Assembly: GCA_050084985.1 (NCBI GenBank)
Contig: JBITNC010000001.1
Span: 197,222,001-197,286,000 of the forward strand
Direction: 5' to 3'
Source: Nageia nagi
Taxonomy: Eukaryota > Plantae > Pinophyta
Length of the DNA: 64,000 nt
Shown here piece after piece: positions 1 to 13,211 of the stretch. The position numbers and the translations under genes were made by a program. Below the pieces are notes generated by a model. That model was not told the origin of the DNA. It made no database searches and saw only the letters and a program-made list of their open reading frames with translations. How positions within the stretch are numbered: position 1 is the first letter of the stretch; each line of letters starts with the position of its first letter.

Positions 1-639
1 ATAATAAATAATTAGTCATATATTAGATTTGTCCACATTAATGATGAATAATTAATGGAGTACATATTGTACAAGTAAGGCATGTTGTGAATTGACATGA
101 CACTAGTGTTGCAACAAAAAGTGGTAAGCGACATAGACGTCAATTCTAACTCTTGTAACTCTATCAATGTGACATCACAACGTACTCCAATAAGATAAAC
201 TTGATACACTTATCATAATGAATCTGTTTGAAATGGTAACTTTACTATGTCATTCAAGATTTTTCATCAAAAAAATTTCTTGAAATACAAGTTAACGCCC
301 ATTGTACCACAACTAATAACACTATTATAATCAATGCACTTAGAAATGAAATGAAATGTTATTAATGTCCATGGTAGGCCAAAAAAAGACCCAAGGGAGT
401 GCAAAAATAATACATTTAAAATATCAAGTTAGGGGGGCAAAAGTGCCCAACAAAATAACACAAACAAGTAAATAAAATAGGAGTGTATAACATGTTCTGC
501 TAGGATGAATGACGAGATCGCTCTCAACCTCATTATCTAATCTCTCTTAACATTGAACATTGGTGAATCATTGTTGAAGACTTAGAGCCTAACATCATGC
601 TGAAGGGATTGGCTAGAGCTTGGGCTAGCTAGGAGGAGG

Positions 640-1420
640 GCTATCTCTAATCCAAGCTTGTGCCACTTCGAAGAATAACCCATTTACCTTATTTCCTTGC
701 TTCTAACATTTTATTTTTATTGTCTTCAAGTTCTTCATATTGCAATTTGGTTAAATCTTCGTTAAGATATATCTTCTCAATCATATTAAAAAGAATCTTC
801 TTGGATTTAACCAAGAGCCTCAAGTCTATCTTGAAGAGTGTGAAAGCGGATGGTTAGAGAGTTACCTTGTGTTTACCATACTCGTTCTGGTAGAATTTCC
901 TTCTTCTTTAAGGTATTGTGTAGAAATTCTATAGCCATAATCATGGGATCCCAATGTTACATGAAGATTTAATGTTTTAAGTTGTCTACGATGTTCCTCT
1001 ACAAAATTAACTTGGATGATTGCATCTATAAGAGGTTGGGGTTTGTTGTGTTTGTTACCTCATACCACTTGGGTACATGATATTTCTGTTGTCTCTAGTT
1101 TTGATGTTAGGCTTTTTTTATCTTCTCGATTCACGGATAGCTTTGCACCAAGGTTGGTAATATCAAAAACATTTACTATATTTAGTTTAGAAGCAAGATC
1201 CTTCTCATCCTCCTGACTTGCAATGACTTCAACACATAGACTGACAACTTATTCTTTGATTTGGATTCCAGGAGAGATCTTTGATTGAAGCTTGGTTACT
1301 AAAATTTCCAACTATGAAATGCGCTTGGCTTGTGCATTGATGGTGTTTTTATGCTTTTTTAGCTATTCAACCTGTGCAATCATGATGTTCTTTTGTTGCG
1401 AGACTGTAATAGAAATGTCT
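640..1420 (-). mobile_element. Degenerate LINE ORF1-like remnant
   Basis: Minus-strand translation around 720-780 reads EKIYLNEDLTKLQ...GKWVILR, resembling the I(F/Y)xNEDLT motif of non-LTR ORF1 proteins. Many stops; boundaries approximate. Confidence 0.35.
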
Positions 1421-2161
1421 AAATATCAATTAAAAAAAATAGTTTTTGTTTGAAAGAGATCAATCTTTTCTTGCATACTTGAGTCTTTTTCATATAAATA
1501 TTTAATTGATTATTTTTTTTTTTATATCCATATGATTTCAAGGAAAAAAATCATACTTACATGGATCAAACTGCATGTAAACTCGAAAAGTTGCTTCGCA
1601 TCCACGGTTGAACCCTACTCAAAATCTCTCATAATCTTAGATCTCCTTGCATCCACCGCTAGATCCCCTTACGTCCGTAACTAAAAATCCTAGGATTAGA
1701 TGGATCATGCCTTACTCTAACAGATTATGCCATGCTCTATTAGATCTCCTTGTGCCCTTGCTCTAAAAAATCGTACCCTAATACATTATAAAAAATGAAT
1801 GACCACACCAAATTAACTTGAAATTTACAAATAAAGCATTATTTTTTTTGGACGCATTATTTCATTGAAGTCAATTACAATTTCTAGAAAATGAAATGTT
1901 GTAGATTAGAGAAGTAGATTATAATCATGCTTAGAATTCAAAATATAAAAGAAATATAACACAATGCTATCACACGAACCTCAGCAGGGAAAAAGTTACG
2001 AATCGATTAATGAAATAAAACCCCGTACATCAAAACTAGAGTTAAATAGCTTCGTTGCACATTACTCTTATCTTGGCTGGGCCTGCAAGTGTTGCTACAC
2101 GTACGCGCTTGGAATCTGAATTTGAATTTGATGAACGCACAAGATAAGATTGGAGCACAGC

Positions 2162-2479
2162 ATGGCTTGCATCTCCCTCCATCATGGCGCCTTGGTGTTG
2201 CCCCAATCTCACTTCCACGCCTCCCCCTCCTCCTCCTACTCTAATTATCTATATCCGTATCCGGATTGGAGAAGAGAAAGGGAGAGGAATTGGGCGCGTC
2301 TAGGAATACAAACAAGAATAGGAGTTTCACCCGAAAGAAGTAGAAGAGTAACAAGGGCAGCTGCCAAGAACATTGGTACGGTAGTGGGTGCTATAGCAGT
2401 GCCAATCTTATTAGTGTTGGTCACAGTCATTGTTTCCATAATTATCTCCAACAAACTCGATCGAGAATTTGAGGAGGAG
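2162..2479 (+). CDS. HCF153: HCF153-like thylakoid protein (cytochrome b6f biogenesis), exon 1
   Basis: ATG at 2162. Ser/Arg-rich transit-peptide-like N-terminus, a VTRA motif, a hydrophobic helix, then ISNKLDREFEEE (as recalled, HCF153 has IADKLDEDFLED). Phase-0 donor GAG|GTAAAC at 2480. Confidence 0.85.
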
Positions 2480-4532
2480 GTAAACACGTTGCCATTTGCA
2501 TTCCAAATTTTTATAAGAAAGTATTCTGTTTTTGTTGTTTTACAGTCTAGCAGTAGCTCTTACATTTTTGGCATGTTGAAATTTGAACTAATACATCTTC
2601 TTTCTATCCCAGTTCATCAATTTATTGCAAATTCCCTCGACTAAAAAATTATGAATTTGCATCAGCACAGATTTAATTCCTACCAACAGAAACTTGAAAA
2701 CTATTTCATTCATTATTGCAACCATCTACGTTTATATTCCAAGATAAACAAAAACTCCAAGCAAAAGTAGAAAAGAACTATGAACAAACAGAAGATCCAC
2801 CAGCATTTAAGATATGTTACCATACGTCGTCTGGAACCCCTTGTTTTATAGAAACCCCTTATGAAAAATGATTTGGCTTAATTTGAAACCAAACTAAATT
2901 ACAAGATTTTACAAGGTCAAATGTAGAAAATATACATCAGGTCTTTCTCTGGGGTTTGGCACCTTTATAATACAGTTGTGTAGTATCCTTCCACCTCCTT
3001 GCCTCCGTTCGAAACATGTTCCAATTCACCTCACTCTGCTAGGAGTTCCTTCAACTGATTGAGGATAGTTGCATGTAGCAATTTGTCGATTCATTTCAAG
3101 ATTGTCTTTTCACATCTAACACTTCCTTGGAAATTTTGATGTCAATATTTTGGTTGATCCCATGTCCAGCAAGATTTAGTTCTGGTGTTTGACCTTGCTT
3201 TGCTCAAACACCATAATCGGGGGAGTGTGTTTGTCCATAGTGGATGGTTGTTGGAAGATATGATGAATCTTGATAGTGATTAGGCATCCATCCTTTTTTT
3301 AGCAACAATAAATCATGTGGTAAATGATATAGTAAGATGAGATATAGATAATTCAGAAGATTATGCTGTAATATTCTTAAATTTTGGGGTTCCACTCATC
3401 TTTGGTCTTGAAGAGACATCGTCCTCCACAAGCCAGGAATTGTCGATTTGTCACCTTAAATGAATAGAGAATCTTGTGCCATTCATTTTGACAGGTTACG
3501 CGATATGGTTTCGTTAAGAAACGAAGGAAATATGGCATTTTGAAGATTCACCCATCGGGCCAGATTTCTCACAGCGCATGGGAATCCAAAATTCTATTTC
3601 CAAGAAATGTGATGTCCCTCTCCTAGGGATGTGCAATTGCTATCTCAATAATTTAGATGTGATTGATATCTAATTAAGAGTATTTTAATATTTACGCCCT
3701 ATTATTATGTAAGTCCCACTTGAATGCTCCCAAAATGGGACGTTGGACTCTAGGAGTCATTTATTGTTATTTTAATTAGCATAATATTTGTAGATGTGTG
3801 GGCCACTTAAGGATGCCAAAATATTGTTGTAAATTGTAATACCAAGGCAATACTATATTTGTAAATGCAATATTAGTCTCTTATAGAGAGACTTTGCATA
3901 TTCCTAGCCTTGATGATTGTAATTTGGCATCTCGAGGCATTTAGTAAGCCTATAATGTAATAATGCTTCCCCCTAAATTGGACACATCACTAGGGGCAAA
4001 ACATGATGATTCCAAGATGGTGACACTAATCCCAAAGTACAAGGGACACCAAGAGGGAGATGTTGCACCTAGGAGAACAAACCGACATTGTTGGATGAGA
4101 CTTTATGGATCCCAATGCACCCATGATGTGATGTCTCACTTCAAGAGTAAATCTAGACCCTACGACTCGATCTTGTGCATCTTAAGGCTGGCACAAGGTA
4201 GGAGGGTCTTCCAAAGGCTATAAAAGGAAGTGTTATGATTAAAATACAACATGCCCCAAAATCCTGTGATTTTGGGGGGACCCTCAAACACACTATTGTA
4301 TATACTTCGTTTTATTGTTGTCTCGGCTTACCCAAGTTGCATCGTCAAGACCTAGATTCATAGACTACTCATAGTTCATAGCCTATCCCTTCGTTAGAGT
4401 TAGTCATGATTAAATAGAAATTGCAAAATCCTTAAAATGGCTAAGTCTGGAAAGGGTAAAAGTCGAACATAGGTGAATAAGGAAGTCTAAGTCGAGCCAG
4501 AAGCTGATCAAGTCAAACTGGGCATTCCCAAG

Positions 4533-5425
4533 GGTTGGCGCATGCTTCAAAAATCTTGTCTTTTTGAACCATGCGACTAGGCCAAGGGGCGGTCCAGGTA
4601 AGAAGGAAGATTCGAAGATGAAGTCTGGGCATTTACAAGCCCAGTGCATGCCTCCAGGAGACAAATTTTGACTTTCCTGGGCATGTGCTAGATATAGGAA
4701 GCATACTGGACTAGAAGAAGGCATAAAAATCCTAAGGAAAAGGCACCAGGAGGTTGGCACATGCTTTGAAAAGACAATCTTGTCTTTTTGAACCATGCAA
4801 TTTGGCTAGGAGGACAAGTCGAGCAAGTTTGAAGACTGAAATTTGAGCCTAAGGCATATAGGAGGTTGGCGCATGCTTCAAAAAGACAAAATCTTATCTT
4901 TTTGAACCATGTGCCAAGCTTGGAAGGGCTCCCAGTTCAACCCAAAACGAAAATTTGACAAGTCATAGACCTGGGAAACTCAAGACCAACTCAAGCATAT
5001 CTAGGTGGGTTGGCACATGATCTTAAGAGATAAATTCTTGACTTTTTGAGGCATGTGCCAAGCCCAGGAAGCCTCTAAGATCTGAAGAACATGAAAATTT
5101 GGCTAAGGCATGAGCATTCGAAGATCAAATTTCGGAAAATAGGCCAATTGGAGGCTGGCGCATGCCTCAAAAAGTCACCATCTTGACTTTTGGAAACATG
5201 CGCCAAGCCTACAGGTTGCCCAGTTTCGAATGAAGCATCAAAATCACTAAGTCTAGCCAACCAGAAGACCCAAGATGAGGAAAAATCAGGTTAATGGGTG
5301 AGTTGGGTGATCAAAGTGAGCTAGTGCACAGATAGGAGACCCAATGTTGGAAGCATACTCCCACCAGGGCTGGCGCATGGTTTAAAAAGTCACTTTTTTG
5401 TCTTTTTTTTCCATGCGCAAAGCCA
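4533..5425. repeat. Array of ~7 imperfect ~50-bp hairpins (GGCGCATG-TTCAAAA...TTTTGAA-CATGCGCC type)
   Basis: Units start near 4536, 4644, 4754, 4866, 5010, 5155 and 5370. Each is an inverted repeat; spacers vary. Confidence 0.8.
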
Positions 5426-5804
5426 TGATGACCTTTTGGACCCCAATGTCTGGGCATAAGAGGCTTTGCATGAGTTTTTGGGTTGGCACATAGCTCTAAG
5501 TCGGCCAGATGGAGGGTCATGATGAGGTTTAATAGAAAACCTAGCCAACTAGGGCAAGCTGGAAGCCAAGTGGGCTATAAATACAGGCTTGGGGACCTCA
5601 TTTTTTCAAATTCAAAAATTGCTCCTCTTCTACCCTTGTGCCAAGATAGTAGCAAATTATAGATTTTTATGCTCAAACATCATCACTTATACATTCTAGG
5701 GCTTGTGCAAGCATTTGGGAAGCTAGCCACTTCAACATAGGGATCATCTTCACTCGGAAACCCACGCACCATTCTTGGAGGGCCACGTTGTAGTTGAGAA
5801 CACC

Positions 5805-8800
5805 ATGACTTCCTCCAAAGGCAATTCGGCTCTTGACTTTACTAGGGATCTCGAGCGGCTGAAACAAGATTGCATCATCTCCATTCGTGAGAGACAACAA
5901 GCCCTTCCCCAAGGGGCTAGATTCTAGAGGAATGGTTTTGCCACCATCAGAGATATGAATTGGCAAAATGTTGACCCTACACCAATGAGGGAGAAAACTC
6001 ATGGTCTTCCAATCGCTGACTTGAAGCAGGACATTGTCTTCTTCTCCGGACTCTCCACTTGCACATTACTCCCATTCACAGCTCCATTTCCGAAATTGTG
6101 CATGGAGGTCGGCCACCACTGGCAGAAGGGGGAGAGAATCCTTTGAGACATTAAGGGGACATCATTATGGATTTTGCCTTGAAGCTATCAATGCAGCATT
6201 CCAATGGACCTTTGAAGGAGAAGTTGAGTATGATGAGGCTATGTCATTAGCTTGTTACGAGGAGACCCCCAGGGCAGCCATTGCTATTAAGAGCTGGATG
6301 TACGATGAACATCATGGTTTGAAGGGGAATGCGCTCATCAATGCTCCTCGCACCAACTTTTACCTAGCAGTCGAGTAGATGATTCTTATGCTATCTAGAG
6401 TTCTCAAGAAAGAAGATGCTTCGAAGTTCAGAAAGGAGTTCTTTGGGTTCATTCTTGAGATTGCTAGAGGAAGGAGAATCAGGTGGAGCAAGGTATTGAG
6501 TGACTCGATAGCGGATCAATTGTCATCCATTGATACAACTTGCAAATTCTACCTCAACTCATACCTGATGTACATGTTGCTTCATGGCAAATATAGGGCT
6601 ACAACGAAGGGTTAGACGACTTTGATTGAGAAAGGGACTTACTCCATTTGGAAATGCTACCCCAAATGGAAGTTAGAGAGAAGGTGAGATAGTTTTATAA
6701 TGAAAAATGATGGATGGGAGTATGAGATATACAAGGAGCTTAAGGGAGAAATCACAGTTGCATGAATCTCTAATTCCGCTCAAGATGTTTTGAAGAAGCA
6801 CGGCGACTTCTTCCTCCATCACCAATACTTCTCCTATATTCACATACATGGATCAGCCGTTCAGCCCTATCAATTGCCAAGGTTCGCAAGTAACAAAATT
6901 TTGTTAATGGAGATGATGAGGCAGTTGCCCTTCTTGCACGAATAGGTGTGGCAGAAGAAATCGGCTACTTCAAATCTGCTAATTGTTGTGGGAGAATATC
7001 AGTGTAAATTCTGGTTGGATGTGGAAACCATGGACCAAGAGTTGGCCAAATTTAAATTCAGGAAGATGCCTGCCGCAGATTATTATGATTTGGATCACAG
7101 GATACACTTGTTCTTCACAAAAGAAAGGAAGAAGTCTTATGAACATAAGCCACTTGTAGACGAGGAGCCTTTTCAGAACATCAGCAATGAGTAGAGATCA
7201 AGAGAATAAGAGAAAGGGTGCACAGGGACGTGATCAATGAGCAACACCGTGTGGAAGCCACAATTAGTAGGAGACTCTTGCAGAACAAGGGAAGGAAACC
7301 TCAAGAGTCTACTTCTAGAATCATGTAGTTCGCTCCAGTCAGTGAGATACCTGTCGGGAAGTATGTGTTTATGCATGGCTACAACCCAGTTGAGCGAGTC
7401 GTGCAACAAGTACAAGCCACCATTGATGAACATGATGGAAGAGAGCTAGAGCGCGTGGCTATTGATAAGATAGTAAGGTGTGTGAGAAATAGATGTCAAG
7501 ATCCCATTCCACCACCTAGACCACCTAGAACTAACTTAGCAATAACATCACCTGTTGTTCCACCATCTGGATCGTCAGTCTCCAGTCCCTCTTACAGGCT
7601 GGATGAAAACCAGGAGGGGGAGATTGGAGTGCCTGAGAAGAGCAAGAGCAGAATGTAGCCCAGAATGAGGAGATTCCAGACGCACAAGAATAGGATGAAT
7701 CCGTAGAGATATTGGCACAAGTCCGTAAGACAACAGCGTTGGAGCCATCTACAGGAAAAGGTAGGGAGTCGGTATCCGAGATGGTGCAGAAGAGGATTAG
7801 ACTTAAGAGAAATCCACAATCACGAGCTATAGTCACCTCAAGAGAAAATGATGAGACTGACCAAGGAGAGGAGAGACCTTTGAAGAGAATGAAGAAGGAT
7901 GCTGCTATTGTTCAGGAGGCCATTGTGGAAACTTATCAACCATCACCCACGAATGAGTGGGGTGTTAACATGGAGGAGTGTCTTGATGTGTTCAATTTGG
8001 ACATCAAGGAGGAATTTGGAGCAGGGGAAAAGAATGACCAAGTAGGAGAAAGCTCCACCCGTCCAGGAAAATCCCAAACATATGTACATCTAGCCAATAA
8101 TGCCATACACATCAAGACCATTATAGCTGATAAGGAGAATCCGCAACGCGCAGAAGATCTCAGACAGATCTAGATCATTAACATAGGGCTGATTGGTTTG
8201 GCTGGTCGGAAGCATGCAATCATTTCCAACGTTGAGGCCATCATCAAAGATGGTATGATGAAAGACAAGGAGATTAAGAGCCTCAGGAAGGAGTTAGCCG
8301 CATAAAAGAAGCTGGCAAGAGAGTTAGAAACGGCTAAGGTACCCACAGAAGAGCTCCGAAAGATCAAGCCGCTTAAGGAGGGTATGATTGCAATGAAACA
8401 AAAGCATATAGATGAGGTCTTGGTAGTAGTTCAGCAGTTCATTAAAACACTAGAAAGGGTAGCACTAGAAGAGCAAATGCTCAAGGACATCATTGTGGAG
8501 AGAACCGGCTTCCTTAGGATCTTAGATTCTAGATGACCCATGATCATGCAGTTCGAGACAACACGGAATCGGAAACCAGAGGATGTGAAATTCTGTGAAG
8601 AATATTGGTTTTATCTAGGTCTAGTTAATCAAATAACCACTTGGTTCCAAGAGGTACAGAAGGATGTTCGGAAGCTCAATGACAAGGCAAACACTTGTCT
8701 TGAGCAAATGGAGTTCTAGGTGAAGTTCCTCGATGATGACACAGGTATTCGAGACAAAGACTTGGTGTTGGTAGAAGTGAGGCACTTCCTCCATAGTTTG

Positions 8801-9030
8801 ATTATGACTGAAGATATTAATACTTTTTAGATTGGTAGTCACTTGGAGCATTTGCTCAAAGCTCATGCATGGGAGAGAGATATGATGAGGATCGTGGATA
8901 AGGTGGATCGCTACATGGTCACGAACCAGCCAAAGCTATCGGAGATGCTACATGGATTGGGCTCACAACCAAGTTCCTGGACGATGATTTTGAAGGGCGT
9001 GTAGAGGTGTTGGGCCCACCAACCACCTAG
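5805..9030 (+). pseudogene. Decayed ~1000-codon accessory ORF of the giant LTR (conserved N-domain, S/E/K-rich linker, coiled-coil C-terminus)
   Basis: ATG at 5805 is in frame with ORF 5955. Fragments PFTAPFPKLC, EAINAAFQW, FYLNSYLMYMLLHGK, WKCYPKW and LPRFASNKILLME align with the ORF at 27314 (-). TATAAATA at 5576. Confidence 0.8.
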
Positions 9031-10647
9031 TAACAATTTTTGCTGTCTTTAATTTAATAGATTTCATAATTATTTTTAGAGATTTTTATTTATTTGTTAA
9101 TAAATTCCCAAGTTTGTGATGGATGAGGATTTGCTCCCACAAACTTGGAAGACATCTTGCAATGCCATGTGGCATATTTTTATTAGACTATGTTTTATTT
9201 TCTCATAAATTGCAATTAGGGTTAGGGCAACATTTAGGGTTGCTCTAAAACTATATATAGCCTATTTGGGCTCATTTGAAAAGGGATTAGACATTTGTGC
9301 AAATTGGGACACTTATACAAAATTTTCAAACTTGGAAGTTTCCCTTTTTGCAAATTGTGATATAAATTTCAAGTAATTGAAGTGAGCATGTTCTTATTTG
9401 AGACTATGGATCTCATTGTATGTTATTTCTCCATGCTATCTTAAGTGTTTGGATCATTTTGTAAATCTTCTAAAAGGTGGACAAAAGAGTGCTTGCAGAT
9501 ATTTTGAAACATTTTAAGTAGTGTGTGTGGTTGTAACATTCTATAGTTTGCACATTGGATTAGTTTCTTCCAAGAGAACTCACATATGTTGTTTAACCTA
9601 GGAACTTCATTCCATGTTTGAGTCTTTACCCATCCTATCTTACCTTTTCACCGCTTTAGCTTCAAGCTCCCCTCGTTGAGGTATTCGTGTTGTTGCCTCA
9701 CAAGTCGGATTGGGAATGCATGGAACCTAGATCAAACCTGTGCGAGGCCAGTCTTTGAAACTCACACTAGTCGGTAAAAACATTGCCCAAGAGCTCCATT
9801 CACATATCACCATTTCTTCACAAACCTTTTCTTTATTTTTCTATTTTTTGCACGACTTTCACAACAGACCTTTTTATTTTTATTTTCTTCTGAGAAACAA
9901 TCTTACTTGGATTAAGGACTCTTCGAGTCCTTGATTAACAAAATTCTGTTTTGAGTTGCTAATAGCTTAAAACATCTCTACAAACCACCTGAGTGAGCCC
10001 GTGCACCCTTCACTTTCTAACCTCTGAGGTAAACAGTCCTCATAGCAGGTAGGGGTAATGCCCTACCAATCAGGTGTTGGAGTCTTTCCACTAAGCCCTG
10101 CAATACCACTTGCTCACCTGCAGGGGTAGGAAAGAAAAAGCCCCCAACAGGAAGATGTTAGCTCACTTGAAGATTTTATTGTTTGGAATTTATTCTCTCT
10201 CTCTCCTTCAGGTTGCGGGTGTCAGCTCCTTTGATTGCCCCTTGTGGATGAAAACCCATGAGGGCAGTGTTGATACTTAACAAGGTTTCGGGGCTTTATG
10301 GATCGCTACTTTGAGTGTTGGCGCACTTCAAAGGATTTGCTAGCTATCTAGGGGTGTTGGCATTACCCTAGATTATCTTGATACCGCTAGAGACCCTGGT
10401 GTCTTGGCCACAGTTCGTGGAGGACAAAGTCCTACTACAAACCTTGCCACTATTGTGGGACAACCCTGGTGCTTTTCCTTAGTTCTCAACAATTTCTCGG
10501 AGATCTTCAGCTAGGATATCTTTGCTCTATAACAAAGGCATGTAATTCAGTTTCTGATTGAAATACTAATAGAATTACATTTGTGGCTCATTCTTTGTGT
10601 TATCTTTCGAGATCTTGCTTAGAAGGCTAGACATTGGGATTGTGCTT

Positions 10648-11918
10648 TGTGACGTCCCATTTGGGCCAATGATAAATTATATCATGGCCACTTTGTATTC
10701 TAGTGTATGTTCATGTTCATGTTGTACTTGTGTAACTCAAGCAAGAGCTTACAGTCTGTGGACCCCATCGTGAGCCCAGTAATGGGACGTCTCTCCTTGA
10801 GTAGTGATGTGTTTGTTGTAATGGGTTATCCCGGATTGTGGGAATCCCATTGTGTCAGGTGTAGTTCATGGGTAATCCCGGATTGTGGGAATCCCTAGGT
10901 AGATGTGTGTCATGTATATGTAAGGTGCACAAAGGAGCGTGTTAGCATTGGGAGGGCCCTACATACCCCACGTTGGTTTAGGAGACTTCACAGACCCCCA
11001 TGTCAGCCCAGGAGGTCATTTGGACCCCACATCAGCCTTGAGGGCCTTTATGACCCTCACATTGGCATACTAGGCCAATGGGGACCCCATGTTAGCATAC
11101 TGGGCCAATATGACCCCCATGTTGGCACTGTTGACTTGTTGACCCCAATGTTGGAATAGAATTGGCTTGGGGTGCTAACGAGGCATAATGGGTGTACATG
11201 AGAGACTATATATTGAGGATGGAGCTCCATGATGAGGTTATCATTTATTATATACTTTCTATACCAGAGACCCAATCGAGCAACCAAGTCTTGGTGGTGT
11301 TGAGCAAATATTCCTAGACGACGTCTAGAGGAGTGGTAGGGTTGGGAGCCTGACATTCTACGGCTTAGGTGGGTCACCTAGCCCATCCGGTGGAATTTCG
11401 AGGACAAGCTTCTACCTTCATTGGTCACCAAGGTTCGAGGAGCCTCCTTTGCAGGAGGGTATTCGGATACTGAGGGAGTTAGTCTTCCCTATTGTGTGTT
11501 CGGCTTGTTGAGGGTTTGGAACCCTAGATCTGTGGTTGTACCTCCATTGTATCTCATTGTCTCTCATAATAAAAGACAACTCATTGTGTCTCTCATTGTT
11601 GTGTTGTTCCATTGTTTGTTCCATGTGTTTAGTATACTAGTGTTGGAAGCTTTGTACTTGTGTTGTATAATGTTGTATTGCATACGTTAGTGCTATTGTA
11701 TTGTGCGTTGTTGTTAGGAGGCATTCGAAGGGTTTGCAGGGTGTTGGAAAAGCCCTAAGGGTTGACATCAGGTTGTGGGTGTTGTGTGGAGGCCTTAGGA
11801 GGCTCACGTTTGCATTGTGGTGTGTTTGGGTGCCTTAGGGGCCCAACGTTGGGTGTTGAGGGTTGCAAAAGCCCTAGTTTGGTTTGTTTTCAATTGAGGG
11901 TTAATTTGGATCCTCACA
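10648..11918 (+). mobile_element. Solo LTR of the gag-protease (TR-GAG-like) Gypsy family
   Basis: TGTGAC...CTCACA termini. Colinear with the LTR at 55588-56813. TSD degenerate (TGCTT/TGACT). Confidence 0.75.
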
Positions 11919-12399
11919 TGACTGCAATATTTTGTTATCTTGCTACTTTGGCTTAGACGTTGAGCTTGCATAAGTATTATTGCACTATTTTGGTTGTGAT
12001 CTTGCATACTTGGCTAGTTGTTGGATATTTGGGATGCTTGTTTATTGAGTTGGCACCTAAGGTTGGACTTCGGGTCATCTTGGACCTAGACATTGAGTTT
12101 AATATTGATATTTTTGCCCCTGGAGGCTAGATGTCTGCAGTTTGCATGCTTGGATAGGGCTTTAAGGTGCATCAATGTTTTACTTGCTTAATTTGGTGAA
12201 TCCTAGCTATTTTTGTGAACCCTTTGGCGTGATTCCGAATTAGCCTTAGTCCGGAATATTTCATATGTAGGTGAAACATAGATAAAAATTGGAAATGTAT
12301 ATAATATTGATAATTAAATGATTAAAGTTCGAATGTGTAATACATTTTTAGATGCATGATGTTCATTGGTTTTAGAAGTATCTTATCTTCCAAAATTCC

Positions 12400-13175
12400 T
12401 TGGTAGTCTTTTTTGATTTTGCATTAGGACTAAATCTCCAACTTGAAACTCTTTTGGTTGAATCTTCTTTCTAAATGCACATTTGATTATGTTGTGACAG
12501 GATTTTAGATGTTCCATTACTTGGAGTCTTTTCTCATCAAGGTGTCCCAACTAGTTTAATCATATTTTTCTCATATCCTCTTTAAAAATGATTTCTTTTA
12601 GTGATACTTGGAGTGACAGAATTTTCAGTTCTAGAGGTATGATTGCTTCTTCATCGTATATCAAAGAAAATGGGGCTGCCTAGGTTGGAGTTCTAATGTT
12701 GGTTCCGTAGGTCCATAGTGCAAATAGTAGTCGATTGTGCTAATCTTTTGCATGTTTTGGTATTAATTTTAATAAAGTGCTAATGATAGTCTTGTTTGTT
12801 GTTTTTGTATGGTTGTTGGTTTGAAAATAATATAGTGTAGAATATTTCTACTCAATGTGTTATTTTTTGCAAAATGCCTTCATTTCCTTGCTTGTGAAAT
12901 TTGTTCTGTTATCATTAATTAGCCAAGATGGAACTTCAAACCTTGTGTTGAACTTTGTGATATATTAAGTTTCTATAGAGAATAGTGGTATTGCTTCTAG
13001 CCATTTGGTGAAATATTTTGTTTCTATTATGATGAGTTCATGACCATCCTCTTAGTGGGAATTGATCATGCTAATGATGTTTATTCCCCATGTTGAAAAA
13101 AGCCATAGGATTATTATTCTATTGAGTTCTTGTGATGGTGTGTGATTCAGATTAGCTTGTATTGACATGCAACAT
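12400..13175 (-). pseudogene. Degenerate Gypsy (Tat/Athila-like) integrase fragment
   Basis: Minus-strand translation gives YFTKWLEAIP, NDNRTNF, TNKTII and ALWTYGTNIRTPT, with stops. Confidence 0.7.
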
Positions 13176-13211
13176 CCTCTTTTTCTAAAAACTAAATAAT
13201 TTTGGAATCCT

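Larger units (their letters stand above)
4231..10149 (+). mobile_element. 5.9 kb Gypsy solo-LTR-like unit containing a large decayed gene
   Basis: TGTT...AACA termini. Perfect 5-bp TSD GGAAG (4226-4230, 10150-10154). No gag/pol/PBS seen. Its 5' end is homologous to the sequence starting ~150 bp past the integrase stop of the element at 29275 (-). Confidence 0.8.
3608..12200 (+). mobile_element. Old LTR (starts TGTGATGTCCCTCTCC) split by insertions at 4231-10149 and 10648-11918
   Basis: Its 5' end matches the minus-strand LTR end at 15167 and shares GTAAATGCAATATTAGTCTC with it. TATAAAA at ~4219. Sequence resumes after the GGAAG TSD. Right boundary approximate. Confidence 0.5.

Noticed and set aside
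2150-2644. 164-aa single-exon ORF
   Set aside because: It starts at TTG and reads through the splice donor at 2480 into AT-rich intron. The spliced model supplies the conserved C-terminus.
2650-3600. Short ORFs after exon 1
   Set aside because: No motif support; unclassified decayed sequence.
4533-5425. Hairpin-spacer array as a CRISPR array
   Set aside because: Repeats are too divergent, spacers too long and uneven, and there are no cas genes. Kept only as a TE cis-element finding.
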